From an uncultured virus (IMG/VR IMGVR_UViG_3300021400_000153) (lineage: Duplodnaviria > Heunggongvirae > Uroviricota > Caudoviricetes): a stretch of 20,000 nt of DNA. Within the stretch, counting starts at the first letter, position 1; each line of letters begins with the position of its first letter. Positions 1 to 6,928 of this stretch are shown here, piece by piece. A model generated the notes under the pieces. It did no database searches and was not told the DNA's origin. It saw only the letters and a list, made by a program, of their open reading frames with translations. Both the position numbers and the translations under genes were made by a program. The stretch lies in the IMG/VR virus record IMGVR_UViG_3300021400_000153; one strand, given 5' to 3'.

Positions 1-981
1 TCCAAGTATAATCGTAGCATGTATAAGAAGGATGTGACGGTCATTAAGAACTGTTACGGCTCAACCTATACATTCTACTGCTTCGCATCATCATCGCCGA
101 ATTCAGATCCTATGGGATACACAGCTGACGCATATAAAAAGAAAAGCGGAGCGGAGTCAACGCAAGCAGTTAAAGCGGTATCGTCTGCTATCGATGTGAG
201 TAAAGTGATTGCTGTGGCGAGTGCGGAAGTCGGATACCTTGAGAAAAAGTCAAAGGCCAGTTTGGACAGCAAGACCGCCAATGCCGGATCTGGAAATTAC
301 ACAAAGTATTGGCGTGACATGAAACCGTCATATCAGGGTCAGCCGTACTGTGATTGCTTCGTTTCGTGGTGCTTCAAAAAAGCGTATGGGGAATCTTTAG
401 CCAACAAACTGTTATGCGGCGGCCTGAATTCCTTCTATACGCCTGAGTCGGCACAGAAATACAAAGACAAGGGACAGTGGTACAAAAAGCCCAAGCGCGG
501 AGATCAGATCTTCTTCAAAAACGACACACGCATATGCCACACAGGAATCGTCTATAAGGTCGATACATCGAAGGTATATACCATAGAAGGAAATACGAGT
601 GCCAGGTCGCAAGTCATTCCAAATGGCGGGTCAGTATGCAAGAAGTCTTATGCGCTGACCGACCCCAGGATAGCGGGATACGGAAGACCCAATTATGGTT
701 CAACTGCTTCGTCAACTGCGTCAAACCCTCCCTCAACTAAGTCAACGCCCACCAAATTGACGGAGCAAGTATCGTGGTATGGCACAGTGACGGCATCGAG
801 TTTGAATGTTAGAAAATGGGCAGGAACCGAACACGATACCGTATCTTTTTCTCCGCTGAATACGGGAACGAAGGTGGGAGTGTGTGCCGCCATAAATGCC
901 GATGACGGCACTAAATGGTATTACATAAAGTACGATAATAAGTACGGTTTTGTAAGCGCGAAATATATTGAGCGGTTGTGA
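1..981 (+). CDS. Endolysin, CHAP-type peptidoglycan hydrolase with C-terminal SH3b cell-wall-binding domain (5'-partial)
   Basis: Frame is open from base 1, so the start probably lies upstream. CHAP motifs QPYCDCFVSWC, CHTGIV and TIEGNT; S/T/P-rich linker; SH3b-like end VTASSLNVR...WYYIKYDNKYGFVSAKYI. Confidence 0.88.
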   Translation, partial: SKYNRSMYKKDVTVIKNCYGSTYTFYCFASSSPNSDPMGYTADAYKKKSGAESTQAVKAVSSAIDVSKVIAVASAEVGYLEKKSKASLDSKTANAGSGNYTKYWRDMKPSYQGQPYCDCFVSWCFKKAYGESLANKLLCGGLNSFYTPESAQKYKDKGQWYKKPKRGDQIFFKNDTRICHTGIVYKVDTSKVYTIEGNTSARSQVIPNGGSVCKKSYALTDPRIAGYGRPNYGSTASSTASNPPSTKSTPTKLTEQVSWYGTVTASSLNVRKWAGTEHDTVSFSPLNTGTKVGVCAAINADDGTKWYYIKYDNKYGFVSAKYIERL

Positions 982-1002
982 TTATGACACGAATTATGAC
1001 AT
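981..1002 (+). repeat. Integrase arm-type site pair, left (ATTATGACAC-N2-ATTATGACAT)
   Basis: 10-mers at 981-990 and 993-1002, 12-bp period; same arrangement at 1198-1219. Confidence 0.8.
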
Positions 1003-1082
1003 GAGCCTTAAAAAATGGCTTAAAATCAACGTTTTTAAGATGTTTACATAGGGTTCAAGTCCCCCCCTCGCTATTTTCGCAG

Positions 1083-1125
1083 AAAGCCCGATTTTTAAAG
1101 AAATCCTTTAGAATCGGGCTTTTTT
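1083..1125 (+). terminator. Rho-independent terminator, probably bidirectional
   Basis: AAAGCCCGATTTTTAAAG (1083-1100) pairs with CTTTAGAATCGGGCTTT (1106-1122) and is followed by a T run. It sits just 3' of the tRNA-end core, between convergent genes. Confidence 0.8.
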
Positions 1126-1197
1126 CATGTTTTTGGGATTGCACCAGATGAATAATAATTTCACATACGGAATATTTTTTGCTGTCTGTGCAATTAA

Positions 1198-1219
1198 ATT
1201 ATGACACAGATTATGACAT
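1198..1219 (+). repeat. Integrase arm-type site pair, right (ATTATGACAC-N2-ATTATGACAT)
   Basis: 10-mers at 1198-1207 and 1210-1219, same orientation and spacing as 981-1002. Confidence 0.8.
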
Positions 1220-1278
1220 AAAAACGTGCGTTATTTCGTGTTCAGCTATATACGTTGTTTTTCGTTAGTGGCGTATGT

Positions 1279-2295
1279 CTATTCAAACGCCATTTCCATA
1301 TCCTTCACAATCTTTTTGTTTATTTCGGCCTGTTCGGACGCGAGTGCATGACGATACACGTTTTTCATGATTCCGTCCGTAGACCATCCCCCTCTCTCCA
1401 GAATATATTCTTCCGGCACTCCTTGAGCATGAAGCCATGACGCACAGAAGTGTCTCAAGTCATGAAATCGAACTCCTTCAAGTCCGCATTTTTTAACCAA
1501 TCGCTCAAACCGTAACGTGAGCATCCGTGGCTTATCCGTGTCGGTGATATGCCCAACCTCGTTAATCCTGTCGATGACAAATTCCGGCATAAGAATATAA
1601 CGGTCACTGTCGTATGTCTTTGGTGACTTTTCTACGAGATTTCCGCTTACATCTTCCACAATCGCTCTTTTCACATGGATCACGTTTCCTTGGATATCTT
1701 CCATCCGTAAAGCAACGATTTCTCCTCTTCGCATTGGCGCGAAAGCCGCAAGCATGATCGGTATTTCCATTTCTGTTCCGCGAGACATTTCCAGTAATTT
1801 TTTCACATCATCCGTATCGGGAATCCGAAGATTCGGCTTGATGCGGTCAGGCAACTTAACCACAGGGGGCATATAACCTTTGTAGCGGATAACAGATGTA
1901 ATAAGACCGTGCCTGTTCCGAATGGTTTTCGGCGAGACGAACATGGTCATTTCGTTGATTAGCGTCTGCAACAGCTGCTGATTGATATCCTGTACGCTGA
2001 CATCGCAGAATGCGCTGTACTGCGTTTTTAACTGCTTCTGGATATTTCTGTACCCTCGAATGGTAGATGGGCTTAAAACGGCTGTGCGCGAATCTATATA
2101 CGCATTCATCGCATCTCCGAAAGACAGACCGTCTTCAACCGTCCTGTGCGTATCGGCATACTCAGCCGCCATGCGTTCACATCTTTTCTTGTCCGATGCC
2201 GTGAATGATTTATAAACGTATTTTCCGTTTTTATCTTTTCCGAGACAGATCCTTATTCTCCATGTTCCCGATGGGAGTTTCTTCGCTTTTGCCAT
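1279..2295 (-). CDS. int: Tyrosine recombinase / phage integrase
   Basis: 338 aa. N-terminal arm-binding-like segment (KKLPSGTWRIR). Catalytic motifs MRRGEI, PKT, FHDLRH, RGGW (Trp at the H/W position) and VYRH. SD AAGGAG upstream. Confidence 0.95.
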   Translation of the reverse strand: MAKAKKLPSGTWRIRICLGKDKNGKYVYKSFTASDKKRCERMAAEYADTHRTVEDGLSFGDAMNAYIDSRTAVLSPSTIRGYRNIQKQLKTQYSAFCDVSVQDINQQLLQTLINEMTMFVSPKTIRNRHGLITSVIRYKGYMPPVVKLPDRIKPNLRIPDTDDVKKLLEMSRGTEMEIPIMLAAFAPMRRGEIVALRMEDIQGNVIHVKRAIVEDVSGNLVEKSPKTYDSDRYILMPEFVIDRINEVGHITDTDKPRMLTLRFERLVKKCGLEGVRFHDLRHFCASWLHAQGVPEEYILERGGWSTDGIMKNVYRHALASEQAEINKKIVKDMEMAFE

Positions 2296-2306
2296 TACGG
2301 ATCTCC

Positions 2307-2768
2307 TTACAGAATTTCCATGATACTCAGGTGTGGTATGAAATACACAATATAGTTATCACACGTTTTGTACTCGCCGTATTTTTCGCGGTAGCAATCC
2401 ACGGCATCTTGCAAAAATTCTTCTGTCACTTCAAGATATTCAGCCGCTTCATATCGGCTCTTGCATCCCGCCTCAAATGCGGAGATAAGTCCCCTTATTC
2501 CGATACGCTTATTGTATGCGTGGAACCTGGCGATGTTCTCCTGTTTCCTGTTCTCAGGAACGCTCTGGTCAAGGATGTTCCCGACCGTGTACTTATGGTG
2601 CATCAATTCTTCCGCAAGCACATCCGCTTTCTGTATGGATGTGTCAATTGTTTTGCGGATCCCGATTTTTCGATTGCGGATCAGACCGTCAAAGAATACC
2701 ATTGGCAATTCCTTCACGGTCAGACCTTCCCCATTCGCTTCATTAAGAAGACGCTCATACGCAGTCAT
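2307..2768 (-). CDS. immA: ImmA/IrrE-family metallopeptidase (anti-repressor protease)
   Basis: Probable start MTAYERLL at 2768 after SD AGAAAGGGG. VLAEELMHH metal motif, RKQENIAR and C-terminal HTH-like EAAEYLEVTEEFL. Located between repressor and integrase. Confidence 0.85.
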   Translation of the reverse strand: MTAYERLLNEANGEGLTVKELPMVFFDGLIRNRKIGIRKTIDTSIQKADVLAEELMHHKYTVGNILDQSVPENRKQENIARFHAYNKRIGIRGLISAFEAGCKSRYEAAEYLEVTEEFLQDAVDCYREKYGEYKTCDNYIVYFIPHLSIMEIL

Positions 2769-2880
2769 AGCATCACCCCTTTCTACAAGAGCGTATAAGT
2801 CTATGTTATCAAAGTGGGTATCATGTAATTTACACATGAATTGAGAATGTGTGCATTTAGCTACACACAATGCAGACAGG

Positions 2881-2911
2881 GCATAAAGCCACTGGGATGT
2901 GGCTTTATTGC
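2881..2911 (-). terminator. Hairpin immediately after the repressor stop codon (weak terminator or attenuator)
   Basis: Perfect 10-bp stem ATAAAGCCAC (2883-2892) / GTGGCTTTAT (2899-2908). No long U tract follows. Confidence 0.45.
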
Positions 2912-3364
2912 TTATTCTTTTATGAGATCTATGTCATTCTCCGGCGTGTCGCCATCTCCGGCATCGGGATTCGCGTTTTTGTGCGCGGCGGCGAGATACG
3001 TTTCGTGACTGGTTATGTTCAGAGTGACATCCACTATATTTCTAGTGTGCGGGTCGGCAGATCGATAGTTCTGAACAAGCTGCTTCTCTTTCTCCGATAA
3101 ATCAAACATATCGTATTCTGCGTTTTCAAGAGATTCACTAACACGCCTTGCGCTTTCAGAAAGCCTTTTTGCCCATCCCATTAAATCTGCCGGCGTAGTA
3201 TCCAGAGCATCCGCAAACCTAACCACATCAGATTGAAAAATGTCACTCTTGTTTTTCTCGATTCTGCTGATAGAGGTTTTGTGCTTATATCCGACCTTTG
3301 CCGCAAGTTCTTCCTGCGTCATACCAAGTTCTTCTCTTCTAGCCTTGATCCTATCACCGATCAT
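2912..3364 (-). CDS. XRE-family HTH prophage repressor (CI/ImmR-like)
   Basis: IGDRIKARREELGMTQEELAAKVG...ISRIE HTH. C-terminal YLAAAH resembles motifs in repressors paired with ImmA proteases. Strong SD; divergent from the Cro-like gene. Confidence 0.9.
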   Translation of the reverse strand: MIGDRIKARREELGMTQEELAAKVGYKHKTSISRIEKNKSDIFQSDVVRFADALDTTPADLMGWAKRLSESARRVSESLENAEYDMFDLSEKEKQLVQNYRSADPHTRNIVDVTLNITSHETYLAAAHKNANPDAGDGDTPENDIDLIKE

Positions 3365-3393
3365 TCCATTTCTCCTTCCCTCCCCTTGAACAC

Positions 3394-3422
3394 ATTATAA
3401 TATGAAGTAAAATATTTTTCAA
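3394..3422 (-). promoter_or_regulatory. Lysogenic (leftward) sigmaA promoter
   Basis: Minus strand TTGAAA (3422-3417), 17-bp spacer, TATAAT (3399-3394), upstream of the repressor SD. Confidence 0.75.
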
Positions 3423-3492
3423 CTTTTTTCGCTCAAGTTGTTGACAAATATGCTACTATGCCTTAATATATCGAGTAGAAAATAAATCTACT
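3406..3492. promoter_or_regulatory. Three 19-bp palindromic operators of the genetic switch
   Basis: AGTAAA-N7-TCAACT (3406-3424), TGTTGA-N7-GCTACT (3439-3457) and AGTAGA-N7-TCTACT (3474-3492, perfect). The first two overlap the two -35 boxes. Confidence 0.75.
3441..3469 (+). promoter_or_regulatory. Lytic early (rightward) sigmaA promoter
   Basis: TTGACA (3441-3446), 17-bp spacer, TAATAT (3464-3469), upstream of the Cro-like gene. Confidence 0.7.
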
Positions 3493-3514
3493 TAAGAAAG
3501 GTGGTGAGCGCAGA

Positions 3515-3760
3515 GTGACAAACACAAAGCTACTTCGTGAGATTGTGGACAAAAGCGGTCTGAAGTACAAACACATCGCAGAAAAGATGGGCTTATCCCG
3601 GTTCGGACTCATGAAGAAGATCAGTGGCGAGAACGAGTTTAAGGCCAGTGAGGTCGATAAACTGTGTGAGATTCTCAATATTGATTCGGTAAACGACAGG
3701 ATGGATATTTTTTTTGCCAAAGAGGTAGAAAACGAATCTACCAATGAGGGCGAGGAATGA
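3515..3760 (+). CDS. Cro-like HTH regulator
   Basis: 81 aa, GTG start after AAAGGTGGTG. HTH SGLKYKHIAEKMGLSRFGL...EFKASEV...IFF. First gene of the divergent early operon. Confidence 0.85.
   Translation: MTNTKLLREIVDKSGLKYKHIAEKMGLSRFGLMKKISGENEFKASEVDKLCEILNIDSVNDRMDIFFAKEVENESTNEGEE
3724..3742. promoter_or_regulatory. Distal operator within the 3' end of the cro-like gene
   Basis: Perfect GGTAGA-N7-TCTACC palindrome with the same core as 3474-3492. Confidence 0.7.
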
Positions 3761-4266
3761 ACGAGAAAGACGATGGGCTTGAATATACCTATACGCCTGA
3801 TGCGTATTTCCTTCAGTACCTAGAGGTTGCCTCTACTTGGAATGACGAATATTACAAAAAAGAAATGCTAAAGACCATCAAGTCCTATAGGCAGAAGCAA
3901 TTACAGAACGAAGCAAGGAAGATTAAGAAAAACATTGTCAATGAATCTGGTGTGTGTTCTATTTGCGGTTTCGCATTTCAGCCTATCCTGCAAATTCATC
4001 ACGTTCTTCCAATTAGCCAATGGGGAAACAACAGTGATGGCAATGTGATTTGCGTTTGCCCTAATTGTCACAAGACACTTCATTACCTATATGGGAAGTT
4101 TGGACAAAAAAAGGAAATAAGCCTTAAAAATTTTGAATTCTTCAATCAGCCAACCGCTCTCAAGGAAATGTTAGATACGTGTCTTCGATACATTAAAGGA
4201 CGGTGCGCGGTATATGAATATGCCATGAGTTTTGCACCTTCTGGAATTCCCGGCTTTTGGGAGTAG
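3757..4266 (+). CDS. HNH endonuclease
   Basis: CSICG...LQIHHVLPISQWGNNSDGNVICVCPNCHKTLH zinc-HNH motif. ATGA overlap with cro. Confidence 0.88.
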   Translation: MNEKDDGLEYTYTPDAYFLQYLEVASTWNDEYYKKEMLKTIKSYRQKQLQNEARKIKKNIVNESGVCSICGFAFQPILQIHHVLPISQWGNNSDGNVICVCPNCHKTLHYLYGKFGQKKEISLKNFEFFNQPTALKEMLDTCLRYIKGRCAVYEYAMSFAPSGIPGFWE

Positions 4267-4284
4267 TGAAAGCGAGGCAAAAAA

Positions 4285-5337
4285 ATGATTGTAGATATTG
4301 AAAAAGTTGTGGTTAGAGATCGAATCCGAAAGGACTTCGGAGATATTCAGGAACTAGCTGATGACATTATGCAGAACGGCCTCATTAACCCACCAGTGGT
4401 CAACAAGGAGTATGAACTGTTAGCCGGAGAGCGAAGACTCAGGGCGTGTAAGTCTCTTGGATGGTCACAGATCGAAGTCAGAATGATGGATACGCGAGAT
4501 GCGGAGCATGAACTGAATGTTGAAATCAGTGAGAACGATGTCCGCAAAGGATTCACAAAGTCCGAGCGTGTCGATTATATGAAAAGGCTCCTGCGAATTG
4601 AACAGGCAAAAGCGAAAGATCGAATGGCTGAGAGCGGTGGAAATATTTCCACACCTACTGGCAAGTCGAGAGATATCACAGCCGAACAATTTGGCATTAG
4701 CGGAAAAACGATGGAAAAAGAAATGACCATCGTTGAAAACAGAGATCTTCTCGATCCGTCAGATTTTGCAGATTGGGATGAAGGAAAGTTATCGACCAAC
4801 AAAGCATTTCTCAAGGTCAAGGGCAGACAGAAAGAACTTGAGGACGAGAATAAGAGACTCCGCGAAGCCATTTCCAGTCAGGGGGTCGAGAACGCAAAAC
4901 TCAGGCACGAACTTGAAAATGCTCCCGCAAAAGAAACGGTGAAGGAAGTAGTCAAGGAAGTCCGTGTTGAGGTTGTCCCGGATGACTACGAAGAGAGTAA
5001 GAAACGGCTCAAGAGTCTGGAGTCCGAAAACCGTCTTCTGGCAAAAGACAGAGAGGATGCCATCGAGAAGTATAACAAGGCAGACGAAAAGCTGAAGGAT
5101 CTTGAGAGAAGTATCAATAGTCCGAAGGAAAAAGCACTCAGAGATGTCGAAGGAAGGTGCATTGACCTCACAACAGCGATCAACGCTTTTCTGGCGAATC
5201 ACGGCGGCAAGACGATTGCGAAGGAAGAGTTTTCTCAGTTATCGAAATACGAAAAGCAGTCATTGGAACGAGCAACAGAGAAACTCAGAAGATGGCTTGA
5301 CGAATTATTAGACGAAGTAGAGGTGACAATAGCGTGA
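4285..5337 (+). CDS. ParB/Srx N-terminal domain protein with coiled-coil C-terminus
   Basis: RIRKDFGDIQELADDI..NGLINPPVV...LLAGERRLRA...ISENDVRK ParB-N signature, followed by an HTH-like segment (ITAEQFGISGKT) and a coiled coil. Confidence 0.85.
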   Translation: MIVDIEKVVVRDRIRKDFGDIQELADDIMQNGLINPPVVNKEYELLAGERRLRACKSLGWSQIEVRMMDTRDAEHELNVEISENDVRKGFTKSERVDYMKRLLRIEQAKAKDRMAESGGNISTPTGKSRDITAEQFGISGKTMEKEMTIVENRDLLDPSDFADWDEGKLSTNKAFLKVKGRQKELEDENKRLREAISSQGVENAKLRHELENAPAKETVKEVVKEVRVEVVPDDYEESKKRLKSLESENRLLAKDREDAIEKYNKADEKLKDLERSINSPKEKALRDVEGRCIDLTTAINAFLANHGGKTIAKEEFSQLSKYEKQSLERATEKLRRWLDELLDEVEVTIA

Positions 5338-5861
5338 GTTACGAAGTGAAGAAAGTGGAAGAGACTTCCATCAACAAGGAATACGCAGATATGCTTCAGC
5401 GGCTTATCGAAATTGGGATGATGACCAACAAGAAGGTCGATAACATCGAGCAGGACATGAATACAATGCGGAGCGATCTTGGGACGGTAAGAACCAGAGT
5501 TGACAAGATCGAACGCAACGAGGAAATCACTTACGAACAGCAGAACATGATTAACAGCCTTATCAGCAAGCGTGTGTATCGTGTTCTTGGGCTGAATGAG
5601 AGTCCTACCAGATGGACAGAAGAGGAACAGCTTACATACGCGAAGTACGGAAGAACATTCAGGCGTAGGCTTCGTTCTGAAGTGTCGAACAAAGGTCATC
5701 TGGCGTATCCGTTCAGAACAACGGCGAAGGGTAACTATGATGCGGCTTGCCGAGATATCGAGGCGTGGCAACCCAGAAACGGGATTGACGCATTGAAGGA
5801 AGAAATCGATATGAAAGCACAGGCCAACAGAATCGCGAAAGAACAGGGCTACGAAGTTTAG
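5334..5861 (+). CDS. ORF6C-like domain phage protein (antirepressor-associated family)
   Basis: GTG start with SD GAGGTG. Short coiled coil followed by EEITYEQQNMINSLISKRVYRVLG, which resembles the ORF6C pattern. Confidence 0.55.
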   Translation: MSYEVKKVEETSINKEYADMLQRLIEIGMMTNKKVDNIEQDMNTMRSDLGTVRTRVDKIERNEEITYEQQNMINSLISKRVYRVLGLNESPTRWTEEEQLTYAKYGRTFRRRLRSEVSNKGHLAYPFRTTAKGNYDAACRDIEAWQPRNGIDALKEEIDMKAQANRIAKEQGYEV

Positions 5862-5877
5862 ACAAGGAGGCTGAGAC

Positions 5878-6093
5878 ATGACAAGCCAGGTTCAGATATT
5901 TCTTAACAACATGCTCGATTCCGGGGAAAAGAAGAAGTCCGTGTCAGGGCTGAACTACATCGACTATTTCGGAGAGCAGTTCGTTCATATTGAGAGAAAG
6001 ATGGGGTTCGCTGATGTAAGTATTCCAGTTTTCGACACGGACACATATGACGATATCCGCAAACGGATTGAGTCTCACCCGGCATATTACTGA
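5878..6093 (+). CDS. Hypothetical phage protein
   Basis: 71 aa, perfect SD AAGGAGG, fills the operon gap. Confidence 0.7.
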   Translation: MTSQVQIFLNNMLDSGEKKKSVSGLNYIDYFGEQFVHIERKMGFADVSIPVFDTDTYDDIRKRIESHPAYY

Positions 6094-6101
6094 GGTGAAA
6101 T

Positions 6102-6380
6102 ATGCCGAAAGTAACTGATAAGTATTCTCGCTACAAGGCGAGGACAAGAGAAATTGAAGATGTATTAAAAATTGCTCTTAAGGCAGAGCATCTGACACAG
6201 GCGGCGGCGGCAAAGAAGATCCGTATGGATCAGAGTACGCTGTCGAGAAAACTGAGGAACATTGACAAGTTCACACTAGGGGAGCTGCGAACATTCGCAG
6301 AAGTGGCAGGACTTGAAATCATCATAAGGGGGAAAAGAAGTTATGAAGGGGAACAATTGGAAGGAAAAAAGAAAACTTGA
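6102..6380 (+). CDS. XRE-type HTH DNA-binding protein
   Basis: LTQAAAAKKIRMDQSTLSRKL...FTLGEL; SD GAGGTG. Confidence 0.8.
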   Translation: MPKVTDKYSRYKARTREIEDVLKIALKAEHLTQAAAAKKIRMDQSTLSRKLRNIDKFTLGELRTFAEVAGLEIIIRGKRSYEGEQLEGKKKT

Positions 6381-6561
6381 GTTAATCCGGCACATCAATT
6401 CATTCATGGTTGGCATCGTGCTGATACTCATTATCGGCATGGTCGGCTCATGGGACATCAGGGAAGTAAGACCTGGAGAGATGGAGATTTTCATCGCATC
6501 CACGACTTACATCGTCTTGTACGGAGTGATTGTGCTGAGACGGAGATTTGAAGGAGAGTGA
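6343..6561 (+). CDS. Small membrane protein, two predicted TM helices
   Basis: Hydrophobic stretches FMVGIVLILIIGMVGSW and IFIASTTYIVLYGVIVL; purine-rich SD. Confidence 0.65.
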   Translation: MKGNNWKEKRKLELIRHINSFMVGIVLILIIGMVGSWDIREVRPGEMEIFIASTTYIVLYGVIVLRRRFEGE

Positions 6562-6562
6562 A

Positions 6563-6805
6563 ATGGCGATTTACAAGGGAGAAGACACACCATATGCGAA
6601 GACACAGAAGACGGCAGATACTACGGAACGGATCACAACGCCGGAGTTGACCGTCAACAGATCTCTGGAGGAGATCATCACGCTTTACGCAAAGGCAATT
6701 GACCTGATGGAAAGAATTAGCCAGACGGCAAGAGCGTATTACATGGATGACAAGACGAAAGTCCTTTGGATTAAGGACGCGACTAAGGAATATACGGAGC
6801 AGTAA
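6563..6805 (+). CDS. Hypothetical phage protein
   Basis: Probable ATG at 6563 after AAGGAGAG; 80 aa. Confidence 0.65.
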   Translation: MAIYKGEDTPYAKTQKTADTTERITTPELTVNRSLEEIITLYAKAIDLMERISQTARAYYMDDKTKVLWIKDATKEYTEQ

Positions 6806-6815
6806 TGGTCAACGC

Positions 6816-6909
6816 CATCCGCATAGTTGGTGGCGAGAACAGCTACAAACATTACTAAGCACGAATGCGCTATGCAGATAAGAACATAACAATACAACTT
6901 ATGCGGATG
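6816..6909 (+). ncRNA. Intergenic long-stem/large-loop structured element
   Basis: CATCCGCATAGTTG (6816-6829) pairs with CAACTTATGCGGATG (6895-6909), 14 bp with one bulge, closing an A-rich 65-nt loop with inner hairpin GTGGC/GCTAC. Confidence 0.5.
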
Positions 6910-6928
6910 AGATTAATTAGGAGGTTTC

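Larger units (their letters stand above)
981..1219. other. attP phage attachment site (core about 1051-1073, arm sites on both sides)
   Basis: Between the convergent endolysin and integrase. GGGTTCAAGTCCCCCCCTCGCTA (1051-1073) is a tRNA T-loop plus 3' acceptor strand. Identical tandem ATTATGACA(C/T) pairs flank it. Confidence 0.85.

Noticed and set aside
1051..1073. Complete tRNA gene at the GGTTCAAGTCC motif
   Set aside because: No upstream D-arm, anticodon arm or 5' acceptor strand; it is better explained as the att core.
981..1219. CRISPR-like or mini-array from the ATTATGACA repeats
   Set aside because: Only four 10-bp copies in two doublets with 2-bp gaps; no repeat-spacer periodicity and no cas genes.
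2205..2798. 197-aa + strand ORF and other long antisense ORFs (e.g. 5235-5879, 4789-5202, 11909-12322)
   Set aside because: They are shadows of well-supported genes on the opposite strand, with no recognisable motifs.
2769..2870. N-terminal extension of the ImmA ORF in the supplied track
   Set aside because: A strong SD precedes ATG 2768; the extension has no SD and looks intergenic.
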